Shown: positions 11,112 to 23,608 of the stretch, piece after piece
Position numbering within the stretch: the stretch's first letter is position 1
How the letters are laid out: each line of letters begins with the position of its first letter
Origin: Nitrosomonadales bacterium
GTDB taxonomy: Bacteria; Pseudomonadota; Gammaproteobacteria; Burkholderiales; Sulfuricellaceae
DNA length: 42,288 nt
Reading direction: 5' to 3'
Assembly (NCBI GenBank): GCA_003104895.1
Contig: PQAG01000055.1
Span: 1-42,288 of the forward strand
Notes under the pieces: model-generated
Database searches by the model: none
What the model saw: only the letters and a program-made list of their open reading frames with translations
What the model was told of the DNA's origin: nothing
Position numbers and translations under genes: made by a program

Positions 11112-12028
11112 ATGAACCCACGCGCATCCTGCTGGCCGAAGACGAAGAGATCACCGCCATCATCATTCAGAACCTGCTCGGCACCCAGGGCTTTCAGGTC
11201 ACGGTCTGCGCCGATGGCCTTGCGGCCTGGGAATGTTTGCAGGCGGACCGCACTGGCTTTGATGCCGTCCTGCTGGACAGTGGACTGCCCCGCATGGACG
11301 GGATGGAACTGCTACGCCGGATCAAGAGCGACCCTGCCCTCGTTCACATCCCCGTCATCATGGAAACTGCCCGGGACGACAAGGAAAGCATCCGCGAAGG
11401 GCTGTCCCGGGGGGCCTATTATTACCTGACCAAGCCACTGAAGGCCGAAGTGCTGGTGGCCGTGGTCAACGCCGCGCTGCAGCAGAGCAGGGAATTCCAC
11501 GGCATGGCCGGCGGCGTGCGCCAGGCCGAGCGTCTGCTCGCCTTGCTGCAGGCTGGCAGTTACCGTTTCCGCGATCTCGAAGAAGGACGTCTGCTGGCCA
11601 ATTATCTCGCCCGCGCCTGTCCGGAACCGGAGCGGACCATCCAGGGCCTGCAGGAACTGCTGGTGAATGCCGTCGAACACGGCAACCTGGAAATTTCCTA
11701 TAGCGACAAAAGCGCGCTGGTCCTGGCGGACTCCTGGGAAGAGGAAATCCAGCGCCGCCTGCAGTTGCCGGAATACCGTGACCGCTATGTCGAGGTCCAT
11801 TTCAGGCGCCAGCCGGAATCCCTGCAATTTACCATCCGGGACCAGGGCGAGGGTTTCGACTGGGCAAAGTATCTCGATTTCTCGCCGGAACGCGTCTTCG
11901 ACCTGCACGGGCGCGGCATCGCCATGGCCCGCAAACTGAGCTTCGACCAGCTGGAATACCAGGGCGACGGCAACACCGTGATCGCAACGGTCAGTTTGCC
12001 CCCGCCCAACCTGGCTCAAGGCTCATAA
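11108..12028 (+). CDS. REC domain fused to an RsbW/anti-sigma-like HATPase domain (no HisKA)
   Basis: REC (LLAEDE, LLDSGLP, YLTKP); C-terminal ELLVNAVEHGN, IRDQGEGF and HGRGI boxes; no H-box seen. ATGA overlap with upstream gene. Confidence 0.85.
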   Translation: MNEPTRILLAEDEEITAIIIQNLLGTQGFQVTVCADGLAAWECLQADRTGFDAVLLDSGLPRMDGMELLRRIKSDPALVHIPVIMETARDDKESIREGLSRGAYYYLTKPLKAEVLVAVVNAALQQSREFHGMAGGVRQAERLLALLQAGSYRFRDLEEGRLLANYLARACPEPERTIQGLQELLVNAVEHGNLEISYSDKSALVLADSWEEEIQRRLQLPEYRDRYVEVHFRRQPESLQFTIRDQGEGFDWAKYLDFSPERVFDLHGRGIAMARKLSFDQLEYQGDGNTVIATVSLPPPNLAQGS

Positions 12029-12041
12029 CCATATAGCCGCC

Positions 12042-14423
12042 ATGCCAGCCGACGCCGCTCCGAGCAAGCCATCTGCCTTCTTTCACTCCGGCCCGCTGCT
12101 GCCTTTCGTGCTGCTGGCCGCCGTTATTCTCGTTCTGACGGCAGCCGGTATCGGCTACTCCTTCATCGAGGAGCGCGACAAGGAAGTGGCCCGGCTGCAG
12201 ACCATCGCCGGCCTCAAGTCCCAGCAGATCGCCGCCTGGCTCGCTGAAAGGAAGGGCGAAGCCGGTTATATCCCGGGCAGCCGGCTCTGGCAGGAGACCT
12301 ACCGCCGCTGGCGCGAAGGCGGCGATACGGCCAGCCGTGACCAGCTGCGCGCGCGGCTCGACGAATTCTGCGAGCAGGACGACTTCCAGGATGTCATGAT
12401 GGCGGGCGAAGATGGCGAGCTCCTGTGGAGCGCGCGTGGCGCTCAGCTCAGCCCCTCCCCGCCGTTGCGGGAAGCGGTGCGCCAGGCCGTCACGGGACGT
12501 GCGGCCGTCCTGCTTGGCCCCTATCGCGATGCGGCCGGCCAAATGCAGATTGACTTCATCGCGCCCTTCCCGGCGCTGAACGGCCGGACGGGGATGGCCG
12601 TGGTGTTCCGCGCCGGCCCGGCGGGGTATCTGTTTCACGCCCTGCAAACCTGGCCGGTGCCGAGCGAAAGCGGGGAGGCCCTGCTGTTCCGGCGCGACGG
12701 CAACCAGGCCCTGTTCCTCAATGAGCTGCGCCACAGCAAGGACTCAGCGGTGAAATTGCGTATCCCGCTGGAGCGCAATAATCTGCTTGCTGCCCGGGTG
12801 CTGCGCGGCGAGATCAGTCCGGGCGGCCTGGTGGAAGGAGAGGACTATCGCGGCGCGGCGGCCATGGGCGTGGTCCAGGCCATCCCCGGTACCGGCTGGT
12901 TCCTGGTTGCCAAGCTGGACCGGGCCGAGCTCTATGACGAGGCCATGCGGCATGCAATCTGGATCGGCCTGGCCGGCCTGCTGGTCCTGTTTGTGGCCGC
13001 TGCCGGTTTTTTCCTGCTGCGCCAGCGCCAGCAACTGGCCCTCGCTGCCGGCGTGCAGCAATCCCAGACGGAGCGCCTGCGTGCCCTGAGCTTGCTGTCC
13101 GCCATCGCCGACAGCTCCGAGGACGCCATTTTCGCCCTGGACCTGGAGGGCAGATTCATACTGCTCAATCGCACTGTCGAACGCGGCACCGGCAAATTGG
13201 CACAAGAGATTCTGGGCCGCAACGAGGCCGCGATATTCCCGCCCGAGACGGCGCATCGCCAGATGGCTGATAACCGCCGGGTGATCGACAGCGGCACAAC
13301 CGTGGATTTCGAGGAAGTCGTGCCCCTTTCATTCGGTGAGCGAGTTGTTCTCACCAGCAAGAGCCCCCTCCGCGACGAGTCCGGCAAGGTCATAGGACTG
13401 CTGGGCATTTCCCGCGACATCACCGAGCGCAAACGGATGGAAGAAGCCCTGCGCCGGGAGCGCGACCGCAGCCAGCGCTATCTCGATACCGTGCAGACCC
13501 TGATCGTCGCACTCGACGCCGAAGGCCGCATCACCATGATCAATAGCGCAGGCTGCCAGCTATTGGGCTACACGCAAGCAGAACTGCTCGGCCGCCAATG
13601 GTTCGAACATTGTCTGCCGCAGCCGGAAGGGATGGAGAAGGTCTATTCCGTGTTCAGACGCATCATGGACAGTGATCTGGAACACGCCGAGTTCTTCGAG
13701 AATCCTGTCCTGTGCCGCGACGGCCGCCAGCGGCTGATCGCCTGGCACAACGCCTGTCTCACCAACGAGGCCGGCGAGATCATCGGGACTCTCAGTTCGG
13801 GAGAGGACATCACCGAGCGCAAGCAGGCCGAAGCGGCCTTGCGCGAAAGCGAGGCCCGCTACCGTTCGGTGGTGGACAGCGTCAAGGAAGTGATCTTCCA
13901 GACCGACGCCCAAGGAATGTGGACCTTCCTCAATCCGGCGTGGACCGAAATCACCGGGTTCACCATCGATGAAAGCCTGGGCAAGCTGTTCCTCGATTAC
14001 GTGCATCCGGACGACCGCCAGCGCAACGCAGAACTGTTCGAGCCGCTGATCCAGCGCAAGAAGGACTACTGCCGCCACGAAATCCGCTACCTGCACAGGG
14101 ATGGCGGATTCCGCTGGATCGAGGTCTATGCCCAGCTGACCCTGGATGAGAAGGGCCGCATCGCCGGAACCTCCGGTACGCTCAGCGATATTACCGCCCG
14201 CAAAACCGCCAAAGAGGCTCTTTACCAGCAGGCCGAGGAACTGCGCCAGCATAACGCGGAACTGGAGCGCTTCAACCGTGCCACGGTAGGGCGCGAGCTG
14301 GACATGATCGCGCTCAAACAGCAGGTCAATGCGCTATCCCGTCAACTCGGGGAGGAGCCGCCCTACCCGCTGGCCTTTCTCGAAGACCCATCCGCGCAGC
14401 CGAAGGAGGGCGAGGCGCAATGA
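12042..14423 (+). CDS. Membrane sensor: TM - extracytoplasmic Cache-like domain - TM - 3x PAS/PAC - short coiled-coil tail; no catalytic output domain
   Basis: Two hydrophobic helices flank about 270 aa. Three PAS/PAC units end in RDITERK, EDITERK and SDITARK. The tail ELERFNRATVGRELDMIALKQQVNAL is followed shortly by the stop. Confidence 0.85.
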   Translation: MPADAAPSKPSAFFHSGPLLPFVLLAAVILVLTAAGIGYSFIEERDKEVARLQTIAGLKSQQIAAWLAERKGEAGYIPGSRLWQETYRRWREGGDTASRDQLRARLDEFCEQDDFQDVMMAGEDGELLWSARGAQLSPSPPLREAVRQAVTGRAAVLLGPYRDAAGQMQIDFIAPFPALNGRTGMAVVFRAGPAGYLFHALQTWPVPSESGEALLFRRDGNQALFLNELRHSKDSAVKLRIPLERNNLLAARVLRGEISPGGLVEGEDYRGAAAMGVVQAIPGTGWFLVAKLDRAELYDEAMRHAIWIGLAGLLVLFVAAAGFFLLRQRQQLALAAGVQQSQTERLRALSLLSAIADSSEDAIFALDLEGRFILLNRTVERGTGKLAQEILGRNEAAIFPPETAHRQMADNRRVIDSGTTVDFEEVVPLSFGERVVLTSKSPLRDESGKVIGLLGISRDITERKRMEEALRRERDRSQRYLDTVQTLIVALDAEGRITMINSAGCQLLGYTQAELLGRQWFEHCLPQPEGMEKVYSVFRRIMDSDLEHAEFFENPVLCRDGRQRLIAWHNACLTNEAGEIIGTLSSGEDITERKQAEAALRESEARYRSVVDSVKEVIFQTDAQGMWTFLNPAWTEITGFTIDESLGKLFLDYVHPDDRQRNAELFEPLIQRKKDYCRHEIRYLHRDGGFRWIEVYAQLTLDEKGRIAGTSGTLSDITARKTAKEALYQQAEELRQHNAELERFNRATVGRELDMIALKQQVNALSRQLGEEPPYPLAFLEDPSAQPKEGEAQ

Positions 14424-17158
14424 ACGGGCGCCTGGTACTGGCCATCCTGCTGCCTTTTCTGGCGCTGGCGCTGCAATGGGTGCTGTGGCCCTGGATCGCC
14501 CCCTTCGTCTGGTTCCTGTTCTTCCCCGCTGTTTTTTTCAGCGCGCGCCTCGGCGGCCTCTGGGGCGGGCTGGCCAGCACCGCCCTCAGTACCGCCATGG
14601 TCTGGTTCTTCTTCATCCCGCCGCAGTTGAGCTGGGCGATGGACAACCCGTCCAACCTCTACTCGGTCTGCCTGTTCCTGGTCATGGGCTATCTGTTCAG
14701 CGATGCCCAGGAGCGTCTGCGCCGCGCGCAGCGGAATACCGAGGCCGCCCTGGCCGAGACCCGCGCCGCCAGCGATAAGATCACCCAGCTTTACCGGAAA
14801 ACGCTCGAACTGGACGAACTCAAGACCCAGTTCTTCGCCAATGTCAGCCACGAGTTGCGCACCCCCCTGACCCTGATCATGAGCCCTCTGGCCCGGCGCC
14901 TTGCCGCAGCCGGCCTGCCCGAGGCGCAACGGCGCGAAGACGAGACGATGCTGCGCAATGCGCGGCTCCTGTACCGCCACGTCAGCGACCTGCTCGATGC
15001 CGCCAAGCTGGAATCCGGCCGTATGGCCGTCGAGTATGCGCGTCTCGATATCGGCGGGTTGACGCGGGCGATGGCCTCGCATTTCGATTCCCTGGCCCGG
15101 GAAAGGAACATCGACTACCGCATCGAGGTGGCCAACCCCCTGGATGCGGAGGCGGATGGCGAGAAGCTGCAACGCATCCTGCTCAACCTGCTTTCCAATG
15201 CCTTCAAGTTCACCCCCGAGGGCGGCCGCGTCGAGGTGAACCTGCGCGAGGAGGGCGGCGAGGCCGTCTTCGAGGTGCAGGACAATGGCCCCGGTGTGCC
15301 GCCTGATCTGCGGGAAGCGGTATTCGAACGGTTTCGCCAGGCGGAGGGCGGCGCCCAGCGCCGTTTCGGCGGGACCGGCCTGGGCCTGGCCATCGTCAAG
15401 GAATTCGCCGAACTGCACGGGGGTACAGCGAGCGCGGCCGAGGCGCCCGGCGGCGGCGCCCTGTTCGCCGTCCGGCTGCCCCTGCATGCACCGGCCGGCA
15501 CCGTCATCCAGAACGCGGCAAGCCGGCTCGACCCGGTTATCGATCGTCAGGCCATGGATGAATTGCGCCTCTCTGCGCGGGACACCGTGTCCCCAGGCGG
15601 CGCGCAGGCCGGGGCGGACGCGCCCCTGGTGCTGGTGGTCGAGGACAACGCCGACATGAACGACTTCATCGCCGATACCCTGCGGCCATACTACCGGGTT
15701 GCCTGTGCCCATGATGGGCGCGAAGGCCTGGAGAAGGCCCTGGCGCTGCAACCCGATCTGATCCTCAGCGACGTGATGATGCCGCGCCTGAGCGGCGACC
15801 AGATGGTGCCGGAACTGCGCCGGCACCCGGGCATGGCGGACGTGCCCATTGTCATGCTCACCGCCAAGGCCGACGACGAACTGCGCGTGCGCCTGCTCAA
15901 GGAAGGCGTGCAGGATTATCTCAACAAGCCCTTCCTGGTGGAGGAACTGCTGGCGCGGGTGGGCGGCCTGGTGGCATCGAGACGGCGTGCAGTTGAGGCG
16001 CTGAGCCATAGCGAGGCGGCATTGAAAGAGGCGCAGCGTCTGGCCGGTTTGGGCAACTGGGAGTGGGACCTCAGGACCGGGGCGCACACCTGGTCGGAGG
16101 AGATCTATCGCATCTACGGCCGCGATCCGGCCCTGCCTCCGGCCATTTACCCTGAGGTTCAGCAGTATTTCACCCCGGAAAGCTGGGCGCGCCTCGCTGC
16201 CGCAGTGGAGAAGGGCATGACGGAAGGGGGTATCTACGAATGCGATGCCGAAGTGATGCGCCCCGACGGCACCCGCCGCTGGATCGTCGCCCGTGGTGAA
16301 GCCACGCGCGATGCCGAAGGAAACGTCATCAGTCTGCACGGCACGGTGCAGGACATCACCGAGCGCAAGCGGGCAGAGGAAGAAATCCGCCGCCTCAATG
16401 AAAATCTGGAGTTGCGCGTGCAGCAGCGAACTGCCGAACTGACCACCGCCAACCGCGAACTCGACAGCTTTGCCTACGCCGTCTCCCATGATCTGCGCGC
16501 GCCGCTGCGGGCCATGAGCGGCTTCAGCCAGGCGCTGGCGGAGGATTATGGCAGCCAGTTGCAGGGCGAGGCACGGGTTTACCTGGACCAGATCGGACTG
16601 GCCGGCCGCAAGATGGGCGAGCTGATCGACGGCCTGTTGCTGCTCTCGCGCAGCACGCGCGGCGAGTTGCAGCACGATGCGGTGGATATTTCCGGCCTGT
16701 CGGAACGTCTGCTGGCCGAACTGGCGCAAAGCGAGCCCGGACGTCAGGTGGCGGTGCAGGTCGAAGCCGGGCTCCAGGCGCGTGGCGATGCGCGCATGGT
16801 CGAGGCGGTGATGCGCAACCTGCTCGGCAATGCCTGGAAATACAGCGCTCACGCCACTGCGCCCGGCATCCGCGTTTATGCCGAGGAATGGGGCGGCGCA
16901 CGCCACTTTTGCGTCGCCGACAATGGCGCAGGTTTCGACATGGCCCACGCCAGCCGGCTGTTCCAGCCCTTCCAGCGCCTGCACCGCCAGGACGAGTTTC
17001 CCGGTATCGGCATCGGCTTGGCCACCGTGGAGCGCATCGTGCACCGCCACGGCGGGATCATCGAGGCGCGGGGCGAGCCGGGCAAGGGCGCAGCTTTCTG
17101 TTTTACATTGCCAGGCATGCCCGCGGATACGGCGCAGGGCGAAAAGGAGAATGAGTGA
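14420..17158 (+). CDS. Hybrid histidine kinase with two transmitters: membrane (DUF4118-like) - HisKA - HATPase - REC - PAS - HisKA - HATPase
   Basis: H-boxes FFANVSHELRTPL and FAYAVSHDLRAPL; two N/G1/G2 sets (NLLSNAFKF, DNGPG, GTGLGL; NLLGNAWKY, DNGAG, GIGIGL); REC LILSDVMMP. Confidence 0.9.
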   Translation: MNGRLVLAILLPFLALALQWVLWPWIAPFVWFLFFPAVFFSARLGGLWGGLASTALSTAMVWFFFIPPQLSWAMDNPSNLYSVCLFLVMGYLFSDAQERLRRAQRNTEAALAETRAASDKITQLYRKTLELDELKTQFFANVSHELRTPLTLIMSPLARRLAAAGLPEAQRREDETMLRNARLLYRHVSDLLDAAKLESGRMAVEYARLDIGGLTRAMASHFDSLARERNIDYRIEVANPLDAEADGEKLQRILLNLLSNAFKFTPEGGRVEVNLREEGGEAVFEVQDNGPGVPPDLREAVFERFRQAEGGAQRRFGGTGLGLAIVKEFAELHGGTASAAEAPGGGALFAVRLPLHAPAGTVIQNAASRLDPVIDRQAMDELRLSARDTVSPGGAQAGADAPLVLVVEDNADMNDFIADTLRPYYRVACAHDGREGLEKALALQPDLILSDVMMPRLSGDQMVPELRRHPGMADVPIVMLTAKADDELRVRLLKEGVQDYLNKPFLVEELLARVGGLVASRRRAVEALSHSEAALKEAQRLAGLGNWEWDLRTGAHTWSEEIYRIYGRDPALPPAIYPEVQQYFTPESWARLAAAVEKGMTEGGIYECDAEVMRPDGTRRWIVARGEATRDAEGNVISLHGTVQDITERKRAEEEIRRLNENLELRVQQRTAELTTANRELDSFAYAVSHDLRAPLRAMSGFSQALAEDYGSQLQGEARVYLDQIGLAGRKMGELIDGLLLLSRSTRGELQHDAVDISGLSERLLAELAQSEPGRQVAVQVEAGLQARGDARMVEAVMRNLLGNAWKYSAHATAPGIRVYAEEWGGARHFCVADNGAGFDMAHASRLFQPFQRLHRQDEFPGIGIGLATVERIVHRHGGIIEARGEPGKGAAFCFTLPGMPADTAQGEKENE

Positions 17159-17598
17159 TGAATGCCAAATCCATCCTGCTGGTAGAAGACAACCCCCAGG
17201 ACGAAATGCTCACCTTGCGCGCCCTGCGCCGCGCCAACCTGGCCAACCGGATAGACGTGGCACGGGACGGTCAGCAGGCGCTGGACTACCTGTTCCGGCA
17301 AGGCGAGTTCGCAAACCGGGAAGGTCCCGCCCTGCCCGCCGTGGTGCTGCTCGACATCGGCCTGCCGCGCCTGTCCGGCCTGGAAGTGCTGGAACGGCTG
17401 CGCGCCGATGCACGCACGGAACTGCTGCCGGTGGTCATTCTGACATCCTCCGACGAAGAGCAGGACCGCCTGAAGAGCTATGAGAACGGCGCCAACAGCT
17501 TCGTCAGGAAGCCCGTGGATTTTGCCGAATTCGCCGAGACCGTGGCGCGCCTGGGCGTGTACTGGCTGATGACCAACGAGCCGCCGCAGGGGCGATGA
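17155..17598 (+). CDS. Single-domain response regulator (Rcp1-like subtype)
   Basis: [42 protein letters not shown]. Start is GTG 17155 or ATG 17158. Confidence 0.92.
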   Translation: MMNAKSILLVEDNPQDEMLTLRALRRANLANRIDVARDGQQALDYLFRQGEFANREGPALPAVVLLDIGLPRLSGLEVLERLRADARTELLPVVILTSSDEEQDRLKSYENGANSFVRKPVDFAEFAETVARLGVYWLMTNEPPQGR

Positions 17599-17605
17599 AA
17601 GCGCG

Positions 17606-20770
<3,165 letters not shown>

Positions 20771-20792
20771 CCTTAACCCAACAAGAAACAAA

Positions 20793-20818
20793 AAAGGCCT
20801 GCATTTCTGCAGGCCTTT
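20793..20818. terminator. Intrinsic terminator hairpin between the convergent kinase gene and tRNA-Lys (probably bidirectional)
   Basis: AAAGGCCTGCA-TTTC-TGCAGGCCTTT perfect 11-bp stem, with an A-run on the left and a T-rich tail on the right. Confidence 0.88.
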
Positions 20819-20826
20819 GTCTTGTC

Positions 20827-20902
20827 TGGTAGGTCGTGGCAGATTCGAACTGCCGACCAACGGATTAAAAGTCCGCTGCTCTACCGGCTGAGCTAACGAC
20901 CC
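20827..20902 (-). tRNA. tRNA-Lys (anticodon UUU) with encoded CCA
   Basis: Minus strand reads GGGTCGTTAGCTCAGCCGGTAGAGCAGCGGACTTTTAATCCGTTGGTCGGCAGTTCGAATCTGCCACGACCTACCA; 76-nt cloverleaf. Confidence 0.98.
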
Positions 20903-20916
20903 AAACGAGAGTCGGC

Positions 20917-20944
20917 ATTTTACTTTATTTATCGTCCTTGTCAA
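20917..20944 (-). promoter_or_regulatory. Stable-RNA-type sigma70 promoter of tRNA-Lys
   Basis: Minus strand TTGACA, 16 nt, TAAAAT, followed by GC-rich GCCGAC discriminator. Confidence 0.8.
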
Positions 20945-20975
20945 TCAGGATGTAGAATATGCCCTTATTTCAGCC

Positions 20976-21863
20976 TTGGAAATTGACTTGGAAAACCGCG
21001 ATAGTCTGCAACGATTCCTGTTCGAACACGCCGCCGTGCGCGGTGAAATTGTCCATCTGGATACGACCTGGCAGGCGGTGCTGGAGCGCCGCGAGTACCC
21101 CCCCGTGCTGCGCGGGATGCTGGGCGAGCTGATGGCGGCAGCAGCCCTGCTGGCGGCTTCGCTCAAGTTTACCGGCTCCATCATCCTGCAGATGCAGGGA
21201 GAGGGGGCGGTCAAGCTGCTGGTGGTCGATTGCATGAGCGATTTGACCATGCGCGCCATGGCGCACTGGGAGGGCGAGGTCGCGGGCGGATCGCTGGCGG
21301 AGTTGCTGGGCAACGGGCGCTTTGTCATCACCATCGACCCGCGCGACGGGCGCAAGACCTACCAGGGCATTGTCGACCTGGCGGGGCAGTCGGTGGCGGA
21401 TGCGCTGGAAGATTACATGAGCCGCTCCGAGCAGCTGGATACCCGTCTCTGGCTTGCGGCGGACGAGCAGCAGGCCGCCGGCATGCTGCTGCAGAAGATG
21501 CCGCAAGATCACGAGGCCGATCCGGATGCCTGGCAGCGTGCGGTGCATTTCGCTTCCACCCTGACGCGCAGGGAGTTGCTGGGCCTGCCGGCCCGGCAGA
21601 TCATCCACCGTCTGTACCACGAAGAGGATATTCGCGTGTTCGACCCCCAGGCGGTAAATTTCCATTGCCCCTGCTCGCGCGAGCGCGTGGCCGGAATGCT
21701 GCGCATGCTGGGCCATCAAGAAGTGCAGGCGATGTTGCAGGAGCAGGATGCGATAGAGGTGGATTGCGAGTTCTGCAACAGGCATTACGTCTTTGACAAG
21801 GTGGATGCCGAGCAGGTGTTTGCCTCGGCTGTGCCCGCCGAGGCGCCGCAGAATCTGCATTGA
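20976..21863 (+). CDS. hslO: Hsp33 redox-regulated chaperone
   Basis: DSLQRFLFE...VRGE, YQGIV, SEQLDT, AAGMLLQKMP, zinc centre CPCS...CEFC; TTG start. Confidence 0.96.
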   Translation: MEIDLENRDSLQRFLFEHAAVRGEIVHLDTTWQAVLERREYPPVLRGMLGELMAAAALLAASLKFTGSIILQMQGEGAVKLLVVDCMSDLTMRAMAHWEGEVAGGSLAELLGNGRFVITIDPRDGRKTYQGIVDLAGQSVADALEDYMSRSEQLDTRLWLAADEQQAAGMLLQKMPQDHEADPDAWQRAVHFASTLTRRELLGLPARQIIHRLYHEEDIRVFDPQAVNFHCPCSRERVAGMLRMLGHQEVQAMLQEQDAIEVDCEFCNRHYVFDKVDAEQVFASAVPAEAPQNLH

Positions 21864-22255
21864 TGTCCCATTCCACGGCTGAAAACAAGCTCCGCATCGA
21901 CAAGTGGCTGTGGGCAGCGCGCTTTTTCAAGACGCGCTCGCTGGCTTCGCAGGCGGTGGATGGCGGCAGGGTGCACTGCAATGGCGAGCGCATCAAGCCG
22001 GCGCGGGCCGTGCATGCAGGCGATGAACTGCGCATCCGCCAGGGGCCCTATGAAATCACCGTTCTGGTGCGCGCCCTGTCGGAGCGCCGCGGGCCGGCCA
22101 GCGAGGCGGCGCTGCTGTATGAGGAAACCCCCGAAAGCGTGGCGGCACGCGCTATCCTTAAGGAACAGCTGAAGGCCGAGCCCGCTTTCGAGCACAAGGG
22201 CCGTCCCACCAAGCGGGACCGCCGCCATATCATCCGTTTTACCGAAGGTCATTGA
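21863..22255 (+). CDS. hslR: Ribosome-associated heat shock protein Hsp15 (S4 domain)
   Basis: RIDKWLWAARFFKTRSLA, LYEET, GRPTKRDRR. Confidence 0.95.
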   Translation: MSHSTAENKLRIDKWLWAARFFKTRSLASQAVDGGRVHCNGERIKPARAVHAGDELRIRQGPYEITVLVRALSERRGPASEAALLYEETPESVAARAILKEQLKAEPAFEHKGRPTKRDRRHIIRFTEGH

Positions 22256-22256
22256 A

Positions 22257-22805
22257 ATGCCTGCTTTACCGGAAAAATCCCAGCAGATCCTGCAGATCCA
22301 CGCCGCGCTGATCCACCGTGTGGTGATGGCGTGTCACCAGCGCGATCTGATTCCATCTCTAACGCCGTTCATCAAGGCATCGGAGGAAAATGGCTGGGTC
22401 GCGCTCATGAAAGCGGTGCGCCAGATCCTCAACGGCAAGCGCGACACTAGCCTGCTGAATGGCCTGGATGAGGAGGACCGCATCATCGTCGAGGCGATCC
22501 TGGAAGGCATCAGGAATCCGTCCAGCCTGCCCGATCCGCAGGCCAGGGCCGATGCGGTCGCGGCCGCGCCGGGGCTGGCAGCGATGATCAGGGCTTCCGC
22601 CGGCGGCGATGCCCAGGCTCTGCAGCTATTGGCCAGCATGGCCGGGCAGATGAGCGGCGCCGGCGGCGACATGGCGCGCCTGGCAGCCATCATGCGCCGC
22701 CTGGTGAACGGCGAGCGCGATGCCGAGTTGCTGACCCGGGGCATGGAGGCTCAAGGCAAGGGGCTGGTGCTCTCCATACTCAGGGAGCTGGAAAAGCCGG
22801 CTTGA
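22257..22805 (+). CDS. Hypothetical all-alpha protein with a twofold internal repeat
   Basis: ORF abuts hslR with host-like codon use; repeated unit RQILNGKRD..LL / RRLVNGERD..LL. Confidence 0.8.
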   Translation: MPALPEKSQQILQIHAALIHRVVMACHQRDLIPSLTPFIKASEENGWVALMKAVRQILNGKRDTSLLNGLDEEDRIIVEAILEGIRNPSSLPDPQARADAVAAAPGLAAMIRASAGGDAQALQLLASMAGQMSGAGGDMARLAAIMRRLVNGERDAELLTRGMEAQGKGLVLSILRELEKPA

Positions 22806-22990
22806 GCTGGCTGGACATGCCGCTCCTTGGGCAATTTTTTATCTATGAGTTTTTGTTATCACCTCATAAAAATTTGTGAGCAACTGATAGTTGAGGGGTC
22901 CAGTTTCGAATTTTATCCAGTACAATTGCCCCTTTGTTTTCGGCGGCTTGCTGACAAGCCACCGGTTCGGGATTAGGGCGCTTAATTTAG

Positions 22991-23608
22991 ATGCTGGAAG
23001 GGAAAGACCTTGCCTGTGTTCGGGGCGAGCGCACATTGTTCAGTCACCTGAACTTCATTCTGCGTGAGGGAGAACTGCTGCTGGTGCAGGGCGCCAACGG
23101 CAGCGGCAAGACCAGCCTGTTGCGCATGGTGTGCGGCCTGCTGGCGCCGGAGTTCGGCGATATTCTCTGGCGCGGCGAAAAAATTGGCGCGGTGCGCGAA
23201 GGCTACCACGCCGAGATGGCCTATTTCGGGCATGCTCCGGCGGTCAAGGAGGATCTGACGGCTTTCGAGAACCTCGATTTTGCCTGCCGCCTGGCCGGAA
23301 ACCCGCAGGGCCGGGATGAGGTTGAAGGCGCGCTGGGCCACCTCGGCCTGGGGCATTGCCTGAACCTGCCGGCAAAATCCCTGTCCCAGGGTCAGCGGCG
23401 GCGCGTGGCGCTGGCCCGCATGCTGCTGGTCAAGGCCAGGCTGTGGATTCTGGACGAGCCGCTGACGGCGCTGGACCAGGCCGCCCTGCAGCTGGTGCAG
23501 TCTCTGATCGGCGAGCATTTGCAGCAGGGCGGCATGGCTCTGCTGACCACGCACCAGCCGGTCGCGATTGCAGGCGTTGAACCCAGAATTCTGAAGTTGA
23601 CGCCATGA
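22991..23608 (+). CDS. ccmA: Heme exporter ATP-binding subunit CcmA
   Basis: LACVRGER, Walker A GANGSGKTS, LSQGQRRRVALAR, WILDEP. Confidence 0.96.
   Translation: MLEGKDLACVRGERTLFSHLNFILREGELLLVQGANGSGKTSLLRMVCGLLAPEFGDILWRGEKIGAVREGYHAEMAYFGHAPAVKEDLTAFENLDFACRLAGNPQGRDEVEGALGHLGLGHCLNLPAKSLSQGQRRRVALARMLLVKARLWILDEPLTALDQAALQLVQSLIGEHLQQGGMALLTTHQPVAIAGVEPRILKLTP

Noticed and set aside
14363..17050. 895-aa antisense ORF and other long antisense ORFs (4991-6586, 7635-9092, 26162-27502)
   Set aside because: They shadow well-supported genes on the opposite strand, as expected from high-GC codon bias, and show no domain motifs.
20827..20902. G1-U72 pair in tRNA-Lys as a sign of a pseudo-tRNA
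   Set aside because: All other stems, the anticodon loop, CCA, promoter and terminator are intact.
20930..20975. Sigma32 promoter for hslO-hslR
   Set aside because: CTTGTC...CCCTTA has poor boxes and a 19-nt spacer; the region is better explained by the divergent tRNA promoter.
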